Shown here piece after piece: positions 14,800 to 28,100 of a stretch of DNA of 64,000 nt. The position numbers were made by a program, and so were the translations under genes. Position 1 is the stretch's first letter; every line of letters starts with the position of its first letter. Source of the DNA: Bugula neritina (lineage: Eukaryota; Animalia; Bryozoa). Where the stretch lies: assembly GCA_964035545.1 (NCBI GenBank), contig OZ037765.1, positions 31,929,504 to 31,993,503 on the forward strand. The letters are read 5' to 3'. The notes below the pieces were generated by a model. That model was not told where the DNA came from, ran no database searches, and was given only the letters and a program-made list of their open reading frames with translations.

Positions 14800-15810
14800 C
14801 TAATAATTCTCATCCTGGTAATGTTATAATATAAAACTAAATATTAATGATGACAATAAAATTTCAAGTTACAACAATAAAATTATAGTCTACTCAATTG
14901 AGGGTTACTATTGGGCTTGGCAGACAAGTAGTCAAAGTTATTGTTAGTAGTACTAGTAGTACTATTACTAGTAGTTACTTAAAGTTGTACTTAATCGTAA
15001 TTGGTGAAAATGCCATTATGAATTAGATTATCATTTTATGATTATGATAAACTTAAAGTGGTTAATGATTACTATTACTATTGTCAATTACTATAACTAT
15101 AAGTATAACTACAACATTAACTATTGCATTTGGGTTTGCTGCAACTGTATTACATTTACTATTACCAATAGTAATAGTAGAAGAGCTACTACTATTTTTA
15201 CTTTTCGTATTAATACTTTTACATGTAGTTATAGTAATAGTATTACTATTAGTATTAGTTATACTTGTCACATTTAAAATTACTTATTTTTATTAATTTT
15301 AAGTTACTATTACTATTGTATTACTATTAGTATTAGTACTACTATTAGTATTAGACTTAGTTATACTTATACTGTTATAGCTGCCTTATACTTAAACTTA
15401 TGGTATTAGTATCACTATTTACTATTAGTATTAGTATTACTATTACTATTAGCATAATTATAATCATAATGATAAAGTTAAATCAAAATAAAAATATCCA
15501 TATTGATAAATGATAATCATAACACATAATCATAACATCACAGACACAATCATAATCACTGATATTGATAATGATTAAATTTAAATTTAATGATATAATA
15601 ATAACTATTATTAATATTATTATTTATTAATTAATGATTAATATTATTAATATTAATAATACTAATAGTTAATACAATTATTACAATATTAATATAATCT
15701 AATAATAATATAAATATAATAAATATTGATGATAAATAATATATTATTACTAATACTAATAGTAATAGCGATAGTAATATTATTTGATAATACAAAGATT
15801 AATGAGTAAT
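14800..15810. repeat. Period-3 (A-N-T)n / (TATTAG,TATTAC)n tract
   Basis: For example actattagtattagtattactattactatt and aatcataacataatcataac. Confidence 0.75.
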
Positions 15811-17645
15811 ATTAATATTTAAAATTTGCTCAAGCAATGCATACAGTTTCTCAATCTTGTTATTAGTTGACTGTATGTTAAATCATGCTGTGTGTTAATA
15901 GTTAGTAGTTAATGTTACAACAGCATGTTGTAACATTAACTATTTGTTATTATAACAATAGTTCTGGTAATAGTTCTAATTTAGTAATTATACATTTGAG
16001 TCTAACAAATCGGAAGAAATTTGTGGATCATTTGTTTTGACAAAAACATTACAACTGGAATCGGTTTTTGTTGCCAGTCGACTATATTTTCTAAAACGAG
16101 TTTGTACCATGTCACTTGGAAAATTAATATTCTATTGATGTCTACGTCTTGGTAAATTCAACTCTCAGGGTTTTCAGTCTAATAATATTAGTAAAAGTTG
16201 TTAGATGCAGTACCAAGTTGAAGTTGAGAGTATAATCGGGTGATGTATATTTATTCACGTTGTTGTCTGAAGTCCAAACCCCAACTCTAAAAATGAAACT
16301 CCTGCGCTACTGCACTCAATCACTTCCAGCTTAGTGCTCCCTCAAGTGGTTTTTAATGTTTGTTTGTAGTTGACCTTTTAACAATCGCCTGATGCAACAC
16401 AGCGTACGGGGTTAAAAAAAGTAGTGAAGGTGGTTCAAGCGAGAGTTGATGACGTTAAAATCAGACTAATGCGTATAAAGATTGCGTTTTATCACTCCAA
16501 CTAATGTGCTGCATCTAACGATCTCTAAACCTCTAAGCAAGATAAAACTAAAGTTTAATTTTAAATTCATAATACATACTTGGTCTTGTACTACTCTACT
16601 AGTAGCAGTGATTTTCCTTTCATGTTTCAGACTAAATTTTATTGACTTTGATTCCGTAGTATTTTAGCTTATAGAAAAGACAGCTGGGTCTAACTAACTC
16701 TTAATCTTTAATTCTTTGTCTCATTCCCAGCCTAGCTCCACAAATTTCAAAGGTACTGATATTCAATTTCAATTTCACTTTGATTTAATTCTAAGTTTTC
16801 GAATCAAGATCGCAGACGCGTAGACATTCTGAGACTGATTCACTCATTTTGATTTAGTTGAGTTTCAGTGATCAAAGACATTTTGATATTCAGATTGATC
16901 TAAATTGTTAATATAGGGCAAACTGAAACTCAAAGCTAAAATTCAAATTATGTTTATATACTTAAGACTAAGTTTGAGTTTTGAAAGCTCAAATATTCAT
17001 GTTCACGTTGGCATAAATTCCGAGGTCAATTTTTACTACTGAGTTTAATTATAAACTGAAAGTGAAAGTAAGTTAGTAAAACTAAAGTTACTCGTATTCA
17101 CTTACAGTTGCTGTAAGACAAATTAATTAAACGGTTAGCAGGTAATACTAATTGTAAGTATAAGTCAATAAAATTAAATATTTATTATAAATATTTAATT
17201 TATTAGCAATATGAATATGAATATACATTTTGTATTCATACTGCTAATAACTAAATAAGTGAATGTACTAGCTATAAAAGTATAAATATAAGTTTTTTGT
17301 TAGTATAAGTAATGCTACAAATACAATATTTACTTTTACTTTTAGTAATTGTATCATTATCATGGTATAACTATATGTATCACCCTAAGGTCTATACTCT
17401 TTAGGCTATAATGTTAACTATAATTATAAGGCTAATACTAATAGTAGTTTAGTAAGTGATTAAAATGAGGTTGATTAACTTGAAGATAAATATTTTTATT
17501 AAAATTTATCATTGATGTACAAGTTAAAATTGTGATTATAAACAATAAGACATTTAGGAGTCTTCTTTGTTATATTTTAATTTTTATGTATTTACTTTTA
17601 GTTCTTTAGATCTGTCCAGGTTACCTTCTAATAACCACCATCACC

Positions 17646-18480
17646 ATGGCTTCTGTGTCATGTGGAGAAAGAAAAAGGGGGCCAGATGCTTGTACAGATA
17701 TGATTGACTTGCCAATAGCTAAAAGAATCAAACATTTAACATTAGAGTGAGTTTTTCTAATTTTCCTTTGTGTCATCTACTAGCAATTATATATTAACAG
17801 ATGTATGTTACACTGGCTAGTGTAATCTAACTTCAAATTTGTGTGACTAAGTTTCTTTTTCTGCATACAGTATTAGCAATTTAACTTTTATTTGAATTTT
17901 TACATAAAAGCAGCAGAAAGATAAGTCAATGTCTAGCGTTTATTTCCACTATTGACCAAAAACATTGAAATAAATCAGAATCTTATGAACAAGCAGGTTA
18001 AATTTTTTTCTCTAGACTCATTGTTTAGGTCAATCTTTTAAAAAAAAATTTTTTAATTGGTATTTTTGGTTAAAAACATTGCTTGGTAAAATTAGTTTTC
18101 TTTGGTAAGTGTCATCTGTAACTACCTATTTTTGCCTGTAGATTGCACAATCACAATGGTATGGATGCCAATAATCGAAAGTATTGAAACCTCACTGCTT
18201 CTAAACAAGTAAATAAAAATCATCAATTCAATTTTCCTAACTATATTGGTGTAATTTTGTTGATTTCAGAGGTGAAGAAATGGAAATGGGCGCAGAGTCA
18301 CAATGCTGCCACCACAACACTCATCAGTCAGCGTTGGCATCAACGGACAGACAATCTTTTAGCACTGCTCACAAATATTCCCCAGAATTGGATCGTTTGC
18401 AAAATCCCTTCTACTATGATGTCAACAAAGTGTTGTTTGAGGCCCACATGTACAAATTACAAAGGACTCAAGAGTTGTAA
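17646..18480 (+). CDS. Small FAM104/VCF (p97/VCP nuclear cofactor)-like protein, ~103 aa, exons 17646-17746 and 18270-18480
   Basis: accATGg start. A GA|gtgagt..ttcag|A junction keeps the frame. N-terminal basic motifs RKR..PIAKRIKHL; C-terminal helix NPFYYDVNKVLFEAHMYKLQR resembles the FAM104 YFHINQTLREAHFHSLQ helix. The family name is from memory. Confidence 0.7.
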
Positions 18481-18807
18481 CTGAGTTGCTCAACTTTCGA
18501 AAACTTTACTAGTCACAGCATATTTTACTTCCATGAAATAATCATGTGTTACCTTCCAGTTAATGTAATTATTATATGTATTACTCTGCTGATTGGTTAC
18601 ATAGTCAAATTAATAGGTGTTTATGCAAAGCATATCATTGTTGCAGATCTGGCCGAAGTGTGTCTCACCAACATTATTTATATTTGTATTTATTGAAATC
18701 TGGTAAAAATACACTTCAAGCTCAAGAAACAAAATATGAATGTTATGGCACGCATTCTCTAATAAGAACAAATCAAAACTGGTTACAAGTTTTGTAAAAT
18801 ATAATTT

Positions 18808-21081
18808 TCAGTCACATAATGTGCGCAAGGTAATTTCACTTTTGTGTGCCGAGTCTCCAATAGATGATTCACCAGAATCTAAAAATAGATCTCTAGATGG
18901 GTCAAGTTTAGATGAAGGGGTGTTTCTTTTGGGTAAAAAAGGAGTGCTGGTCAACGTCAAAACATCCTCATTTAAAGAGCAATCTTTCAATGTTTCATCC
19001 AAGAAGGTAACCTGTGCGCCTGCACTATCAATTGAGCTGCACACTGTAGGTGAAATAGAGGGAACTTTTGTCATATATGACTTATCAATCCTAGCTTTGA
19101 ACCTGACAGGTGCTGAAGGTGTGTTATCTAAACTACCCAATTCTCGCACACGTTTGACAGTTAGAACAGGTGGCTGTTTTTGAGGTGAAACACTATTTTC
19201 TATGATAAGCGATTCATTAAATTCCTGCAGAAGACTTTCATGCCACACATCAAGATTATTTGATGTCTCAGTAGAAATGCTGCTGGTGGTACTTTTATCA
19301 CCTGAACTTGAAGAAGTACTTGTGGTGATAACAGACTTGGTGTGGTTTTCTGAACTAGTAGAAATAGGACTAATGGAAGACATGCAGGTCGTTAATGAAG
19401 ATATCGTCACAGAACCAGTCGAGACAGTAGCAATGCTTTCTCTAGTAGCCTGCTCAGTACTACAGCTACCATGCATAGTACTATAATTAGTGTGTGTGCT
19501 AGTATGCGTGAAACTACTAGCAGTACTCGAAATAGTGGGTGTGTCACTACAAAGAGTGAATGTAGTACCGTAGTTACTAGATGTACATGGTAGTCTGCTG
19601 CAATTGTTAACTCGATTGCCAAATTTTAATTTCGTGTTGAAATCAGTTATACCTAACTCGAAATGAGGCTGCAGCTGTTTTATCAAAGTCTGTTCTGAAT
19701 CAAACTCTTGAACCATAAAGTCTTTCCCATACATAGTGGGTAAGGTTGTGTTCATGCCAAATCTCTTTGTAATGTTCACACTAAAAAGTTTACCCAAAAG
19801 ACAGCGAAGTAGCACTTGATAAATCTTCTTGGCTGCCATTGTATCCGGGTGCAACTCTTTTATTCTGCAGAAAGAAAAATAGAGCTTTAATAGAAAATAT
19901 TAATATTTTCGAAAACATTTAGTTAAAATAATGATCACTAAAAACATAAATATACCACTAACTATACTATTATAAAAACATTAAACCGTCCAACTCATTA
20001 TTTTCATATAGCCTTACTATATTTCTATGTTTACAAATGATAACTTTGACTTTAAAAGGTACCACTAACTTATTATAGTTCAAGTATGTTCTATATATAA
20101 CAGACAGTTGCTGATTTGATTGAAAAAGAAAACACTGAGATCACACCTAGTCATAACATCACTTACTGTTTATATTGATGAGCCGAACAGCCAATAACCG
20201 ATTCCAAAGATTTACCAAACACCATGAGCCGATATATCTGGCGAGACGTAAGGTCACACACTTTCATACTCAGTTTATATTTCAGTAAATGGTTGGCTGG
20301 TTGACAAGAGTCCTGACATTTATCACAGTAGAGCCTATAAGCAGAATTTCTTAACAGGATAATCTCATATCTTAAAAATGTGCGAACGTGAAATGCTGAA
20401 AGGCTAACTATTAGGTTTTTAAATAAACGAATTGAGATATCCATTTATCAAGTGCTAGCCTTTGGAGTGTAGATGCAACATTGAACCGCTTTAAAAACTT
20501 GCTATTTCCATTTAAATTTTGAGCTGAGACACAATAAGATTACTTCCCAAATTATTTTTTCTCGTGAACTATTCATTTCAGAGTGTAGAATTTTTGAAAC
20601 ACATTTTAGCTTTTTAACAAAACTTTTACCAAAATTTCAATCAACACATCCAAACTTCTAACAATGGATGTTAAACAGAAAAATTACTAGTGTAGATTGT
20701 TATATTAAATATATACAAGACTGTACATTGTATAAGGTCTTAGTGTTGTCGATATCGACTTTCTAACTTCAATACACAACATGCATTTAATCAGAGCAGA
20801 TAATTGTAAATGCAATAAGCAATCACATTAGGATTATTAGGATATTGGTGAGCACAACTCCTTAACATAATATACACTGAGTGTCAGAAGTATAAAAAAG
20901 GGTTTTATTGACTAGGGAAACAATATTAATTTCATAAAATGTAAATCTTCTCTAAATAGTACCTTGTATTCTTATAATTGCCAAACTTTGTGAAGGTCTT
21001 TTTTACCATTTTACACATACATTGTGGGCAACTCCAGAATGTCATTTCACTCACATACATCAAGTCCAACACCTGATACAT
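18808..21081 (-). CDS. DDIAS: DNA damage-induced apoptosis suppressor (DDIAS/Noxin)-like OB-fold zinc-ribbon protein
   Basis: Exons ~20963-21081, ~20166-20334 and 18808-~19865 join in frame: SCPQC..K..YCDKC..KYKLSMKVCD..LMVFGKSLESVIGCSA..RCLLGKLF, then a long Ser/Thr-rich tail. This resembles the DDIAS N-terminus (YPSCQKC..CPKC..YRYKLSLKV..VFGSCLD). True start uncertain. Confidence 0.75.
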
Positions 21082-22123
21082 GGTAGAAATCGTATCTCAA
21101 CATTCCTAGAATAAACAATTTAGGTGTATCAAAAAATTGTTTCATTTGATCCTGCAAGGAGTGTGGCACAAAAAGCAGTTATGGTCACTAACGTTGGTAA
21201 ATTTAAATAATTTCTAGTCACAGTATGTAAAACTAGCATCCAGTTAAAGGTATGCATCAAGGTTCAATAACTGTTCGCAATATTTTTCAAGACTAACAAA
21301 TGCAGAGAGAAATGGTTGGTACATTGTTTAGTAGCCTCTACAATGAGTTTACCACGTCAGCATTTGAACATTAATGTATTATGAGTTATAATTTATGGTA
21401 TGATATAAACTTGGGCAGATTGCCAGTTTGCCCAAGTTTAATCTTTTACACAATGGCATTTAAAGCTAGACATTTTTGTCTTTAAAGGAGCAGATGTGAC
21501 ACTTCAAGTATGCCAGAATAAGTATTGCAACAACTCCAGTAGTTGCAAACGATTTTATTGTACTACATTTAATTATATCATAATCATAATGGTAACACCA
21601 ACAGCTCTAAACTAAACAAACCGATTTCTCACCTTTATCCGCCATTTCCTGATCGGGTGGCTGATACTAAATAAACCGATATACAATAATAACAAACTTA
21701 TGAACAGCTAAATAATAATCACTGCAATTATAAACATTCATTTAAGGTAATAACTTGAAATTAATTACATAAAACCAAGAACTAAAAATTGCCTGATTTT
21801 GAGGTACAGATTTGACCATAACTTGCAACTAAATTCTAACTATAGTGATCGTTGTACTTGGGTTATAGTAATAGTCGGACTTAATGTTATAACCATATTT
21901 TTTAAATGCGACACTGGTAGTATGACAAATTCAAATTTAAATTGCCATTATCATTATGGTTATCACAGTAGGTTGATAATTTATTTTTATTGAAAAAAAT
22001 ATTACTCATTAAATTAAGTAAATGGTTATGGTAATAATATTGTACTAAATCTGGGAATAGTACTTTTATTATTATTTGTATTTTTAATCACGTACAGCTG
22101 TGATGTATTTTCTTTTTATAAGA

Positions 22124-22280
22124 CTCCGACTTTGGGAATATCCGAATTAGGCACACGATCAAGTTCGAGTGCCCGCTCCAACCAATTCGGATGCCGACTT
22201 TAAATCAGGCATTCCATACGGACGGTTCAGACACCCAAATGCCAGTCGTGTGCCCGAATTTGGCCTGAAGTCAGACCTCC
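22124..22280. mobile_element. Short imperfect inverted repeat (MITE-like remnant)
   Basis: aattaggcacacga at ~22146 is the near reverse complement of tcgtgtgcccgaatt at ~22246; the flanking arms tccgacttt / gaagtcaga also pair. CpG-rich relative to the flanks. Confidence 0.5.
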
Positions 22281-22635
22281 GTTTCGGAAGATGCTTTTTC
22301 ACATATAAGTGGGAATTTTTAGCCTTTAGTCAGTATGCACCAGGAGGGGCTAATGATTACTACTTTTACCAACTACTACTTATCAACATTGGCTGTACAG
22401 GACTGTGCCTGGGTTTTTTTTTATAGCAGCCACTATAATAAACAATTCACTAACCGGAAACTCGTCTCATCTCTTATTAAAAAGAGTGTTTATTCACACC
22501 AGTTGTTTGGTTTCATTGATAAACTCATAAGTTTTCACAATATTCTAATTAGTATTTATATTATTATTATTAAGTTTAATTATTCCCTAAAACTTATGAG
22601 TTAGGGCAATACTTGTAACTTATTAATTATTATAA

Positions 22636-23064
22636 TGTAGGGGCTGTGGAAATTATACCCCCCAGTACCCCCTACCTAAGTACTTGTATTATATTATAAA
22701 GCATAAAGTTCCAAGGGACTACAACTTCATTAGCGATGCCGCAACTCCATACAGCACCGCGTCACTCTACGGCAATACCGCCGGAACCCTATACTAATCA
22801 ATCAGGACCAACCTTTTGAATATAAACAGTGCCTTCCGGCGCCCAGTCTCAGTCAGCGGATAACTGTCAGTTAGATAAGATAACCTCATATATTTGTTTT
22901 CTACATTATACTCTTTTGCTACTTTCTATGACTCTGATTGTATGTAATTAGAATTCAAATACAGTTCTTTCTAAAACCTCAACTATTTCGGTTCTTCACA
23001 TAACCACATAGTTGGACATGCAGTAATAACTCGGCATACAATAAACCCCCCCCCCCCTCCTACA
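22636..23064. mobile_element. Possible solo LTR or other small insertion
   Basis: Begins TGTAGG and ends CCTACA (TG..CA, 6-bp inverted termini), about 430 bp, with a central TATAAA. Interrupts the (ANT)n tract. No clean TSD. Confidence 0.35.
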
Positions 23065-23779
23065 TAGTAGTGCACAAAACTACAACAATAATCACTATTA
23101 CTTTTAGTATTAGGCACAATCAGTGAATCTGAAATAAATTCAGAAGAGATAGCCATAGTGTTACACTTACTGTTAATAGTTAGACTTAGAGTTAGTATAA
23201 CTACATATGGCTATGCAACTATTCTATGGCTGGGCCTGGTATGACTTATGGGAGCATTATAATTATAATAATGACTAATATGAGTATATATCATATCTGA
23301 TTCATATTGCCATTAGATTGGTACACAATGACAATTGGCATTCTAAAATAAAAAAGTCAACTAAAACTTAAAGGTTATACTTATAGCCAAGTTTTACTTT
23401 TAGTTAGTTTTAATTTCCAACACTAGATCAGTAACTAGTAATAGTAGGATTGTGGCTTCAAAAGGAAACTGAAAGTAAATGCAATTCTCATTGTCTAACC
23501 TTCAATTTCAATTTTGAGTTTTACCATAACCTAAAAGTAAAAGTAAAACTAAAACTAAAAGTAGGCCTAAATCTGAAATCAGTATTATTAATTTTAGTCT
23601 TTAAGTTTAAGTGATTATGATCATCATAATTATAATCATTGTCATAAATGATAATGACATAATGATAATATAAATGTCAATAATGCTAAGTTTAATCTTT
23701 AATCGTTAACAGCTATCATAATCTTAAAGTTAATGATAATAATTATAATATCATAATGATAATCATAATGATAACCATA

Positions 23780-23880
23780 ATTGAAATCGTCACCGAAGCA
23801 TCATTTTCAAACACGCCGCGGTGTTGACGTTTACTAAAGCATTGTGGGAGTTTCGCTAGTATTGGACAACTCAAAAATTC
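23780..23880. promoter_or_regulatory. Candidate CpG-containing promoter core (likely for the DDIAS-like gene)
   Basis: Local CpG cluster, a TGACGT half-site and gcattgtggga (ZNF143/SBS-like motif) at 23839-23849, adjoining an (ANT)n tract. Inference only. Confidence 0.35.
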
Positions 23881-25122
23881 TTGAGATATCTACATAAAAT
23901 CGAAACTCTATTCGCCCAACTGCCACAAGCCTCCTTTATAATATTGTACTAATAACAATACTAAAATATTATATTAGCAAGTAAACTTGTTTAATATTAG
24001 TAAACTAACTTGTGTAGTGTGCATGAGTTGAAAGCTTCAACTTTGTTAGCAATGAAAAATATTATTTGCGTAAAATATATAAGACACTGACAGCTGTATA
24101 CACTATATGCATAGCATATTACCAAGGAATAAGCATTATTTCCCAATTCACCATAGATAGAGAAAAGGGCAACAATTTATAAATCATCATGCCTATATTA
24201 TGTAAGTTTGCTTTATTAATTAATTTTAATAAAGTCCTATTGTGGCAATAAAAGCATATTGAAGTCAATTTCGATTCTAACGGCATAGAAAAGTTGTGAG
24301 CTGCTAGAATTTGATTTTAACTTTAAAGAAATTTATTCAACAAAAACAAATGAACAGAGTAAAATAACTTTCAAATATTTTTGAATATTATTTGAGATCA
24401 AAATTTCAAAATATAATAATATTATAGACTGAGTGAAAAAGGTAAAATTTTCAAAGTTTTATGGTGCAGTGGCAAAATTTAGTGAAACTAACATAGATAT
24501 GTGAAAACAGCTGGCATCCACAAACTACACAAAAAGGCTAAAAAACTTAATAAATACAATAAATAATTACATCTATAGTTCATATACAAAACTTTTCATA
24601 GTATATAATATATATTAAAAATTCAACATGGATTTTCAATAAATGATGGTGTTTGCAAAAAAATATGAAAACTGAATTAATCATACAGAATTGCATGTGT
24701 ATCGACATTTTAGAAACTACAACAGTGTTGTGTTATGTTATGAAATCTGATAAGAATAAAGAAAGGGATTCTGTATTTTTAATTATCACCAACATATACA
24801 TAAACTTTTCCTTTACAGAAGATCATAAAAGCTCATAAAATTAGTAGAATTTTTACGAGACATATTAAAATTGAAAAATATCAACACTAGTCAAACTAGA
24901 ATATATTGTGTTAAGATTAACCTTTAACAAAAACCATAATATTAAAATAAATGCACAAAATATTAAAACTAATAAATAAGTGAAATGCCGAAATGAGTAG
25001 CTTGTATGATTGTATATCCTACCTGTTAGTGGTTGAGCTTATTAACAGAATTTAAAGCCAGCATAAACACATACAAACTAGTACCGGTACAGGGCAGACA
25101 ACTCCACAGACAGTAGAGTATT

Positions 25123-28100
25123 TTATTCTTTCGTGGAGAGTTTTTCAAAATCTGTTCCAAGACTGTTGAGGTACTGCCTAGAATAGAGTATTGGGACAGA
25201 GTAAAATATATTATATTTTAGCTACAGTAACTCAGCACAAGGGGCAAAATAAGACAGTTACAAATATAAAAAAAATCATCCGTTAAGTTGCTTACAATTC
25301 GCAATACTTTTGTAAAAATTTAGCAACTTAACAAATCTACCAAATATAATAGTATTTGCACCAGAAATGTTAACTCTATGTAGAAGTCCATAAATAAGTA
25401 TGAGGTTATATGCATTAGAATAATTTAATAAAATACTTTTAGATAGTTTTTTTTTCTATATATAACGTGTGGTTTACAGTTGGAACATTCTTTTGGTTAA
25501 AGTCAATAAGTCCCAATCTTTTCAACAACATATATAATTTAATATAGGAAAAAATGCCAACTTAATCTGTACATTTTAGATTTGTCTGCCCATTAATTAT
25601 CAACATAGAAAAACTACAGATTTTCATGTAATTGTTGAATTTAAACTTCATATCTCACAGCTTTATTTTATTATCATCATTATCATTATCATAATTATTA
25701 ATCAGAAAACTGTTGCAGCTTTCAGAAGGTCCACAATACTAAAAACACAGGAATTGCTGATCCTCAAATGACAAAAGGTGATCAGAAATCATTTTAGGAA
25801 AGGCAACTTTTGAAGTTCTAGTATTGCAAACTTGGTGAGAAAAGGTGGTCAATCAATGAGGACAGACAAATGCCATTATTAGTTATTGTATCACCAGAAT
25901 TATTTTATATACCAATGAGAAGATAACTAACACAAATGCATCATTGGTTGGTACAACAATGACCATAATGACTAACTGAATAACATTTTTTGAATAAATT
26001 AACTTATTGATACTAATACGGCAATAATTTTTAAAACCCAACAGTGAATAATGATTTTATTCAGAATAAACAATGCTCAATATGAAAGAGCTTACTTCAA
26101 TGACTGGCATTGAGAATGTTCGGAATGTGTTTCATCTGTAAAGTATTCGTCTTGAGCGGGCAGTGTGTGTGCCTCCTTTGCCTTGGTTATGATATTATCT
26201 AGCTCCTGTATTAACAAAGAAATTAGGCTAAATTGTGCATCATCTCCAATAATCTCATGTTTATGTAGGTAAACTTCAGCTTGAGAGATAAATGTAAGGT
26301 AAAGTAACAAATGCACATATAGTATTGTGGTGAATGGTGAGAAATCGCTTAAAGCAGCATCCAGTTGGATGGGGTTTGAAGAAGAGGTGTAAGGGACTTG
26401 GCGTTTTGAGTTGGGACACCAATGTGTATACAAATACTGTACTCGGTCACCCTCACTTCAGTGCTGCTTCTAGCACTTCTTGACTGGTGTCGGTGTCACC
26501 AATATTTTCATGAGTACAAGACTCATTATATTATTAGTAAGCAGTCGAGAGAATGCTATTACTTCATATTAGCTAGTTAACCACAAGCTTTATTTAACAC
26601 AACCACAAGCATCATATGCAATAAGTAAGGTTGGAGTTATCTTTTCTACCTCAGCTTCGGAGTCATCTTCAAAATCATCTTCATAATATGACAATGTACC
26701 AATGTTAACATCAACTTCTGTCTCAGCAGCAGCACCACGTGTATCGCTGACTTGATCCTCTACATTATTACTCTGTTTACTTGGAGTTGTCACCTCTGAA
26801 ATTGTATCTGCACAGATCTCTTCAGGAATCTCTGCTTCTTTAAAGTTATAAGAGATAACATGAGAAGGTTGTGAAGCCAACTCCAACTCTACATACTTAT
26901 ACTAATTTTCTAACATTGTATAGCTATATTTTAATGTATCAGCATTCCTTATGGTCAACACTTTATGATGAGTGAAACTAAAGCAATATAACATGTATTG
27001 TGTATTATTATTATTATTATTATTACAGAGCATATAATGAAAACATTCTCATTAACACACAAACAGCATTGACCCACCTTCGCTAATATTACTAACTAAA
27101 TCCGAAGATGCCCCAGAGCTATCAAAATCATCCGAATAATTTGGAGACACTAAAGTTTTGTCTTCCTGACCACTAGAATTATTTACATCTAAAACATAAT
27201 AACATTATATATTAATATAATGTGCTCGTGTATGTACGTGCGAACACAGTATAATATATTCTCCAATTATTCAGGAATACTGTTGAATGACTTGAGAACT
27301 GGAACAAAAGCATAGATACTGTTGGTATTTGAAAATTCTAAGAATGAGTAAAGTTGTACACCATGAAGCTGCCATCTGCCACACTTTTGTATCATTAGAG
27401 AAGTTTACATAATCTACAACTGGTGTACGAGAATGAATTGCGTATTACAGGAGAGCAAAGGAAAATGCATAATGAAAGGCAAAGGCAAAGACATTATGAA
27501 AATTTACATTGAAGTTCCTGAATATTTTACCTTTCTATATCAAAGAATTATAAGTTTTACACAACGCTAAGTTAATTAGAATCGGGTAAGAGAAAATCTT
27601 TATTAAGCACATTCAGTCAATCAGATAAAGTTACAACTTAATGTTCCATAAAGGAAATTAAATAGATTAGAAAAGTAGACGGTTGACAACTTAAAGCATT
27701 TTAATCTGCCAATTTAAATGCAAAATACTTTCTGGGCCAACTTCTTGGCCAACACTGAACTTGTTTTTCAAAGAAAATAATTTTATAAACCATGTGGTAT
27801 TTCGCATTAATTAAAATAGGACCATAAGGAATTAAGCCCAAGGTATTTATATCTATTTTAAAAGTGCATTTTACCACACACATAAGGCTGAAGCAATAAA
27901 CAAATAACAAGTTTGCTTGTATAATCAATTTTATAAAACATTTTTCCAACTTACGCAAAAATAAATTTGATTTCCTTCAAAGTGCCAGTAAATCAAAAAC
28001 CAGAAAATCCAAATGGTTTTGTCAAGAGATTAAAAAGCAGTCAGAAAATTCAGGAAAAATCTGGTAATCAGTACATATTAGAAAAAAAAGATAATTCCCA

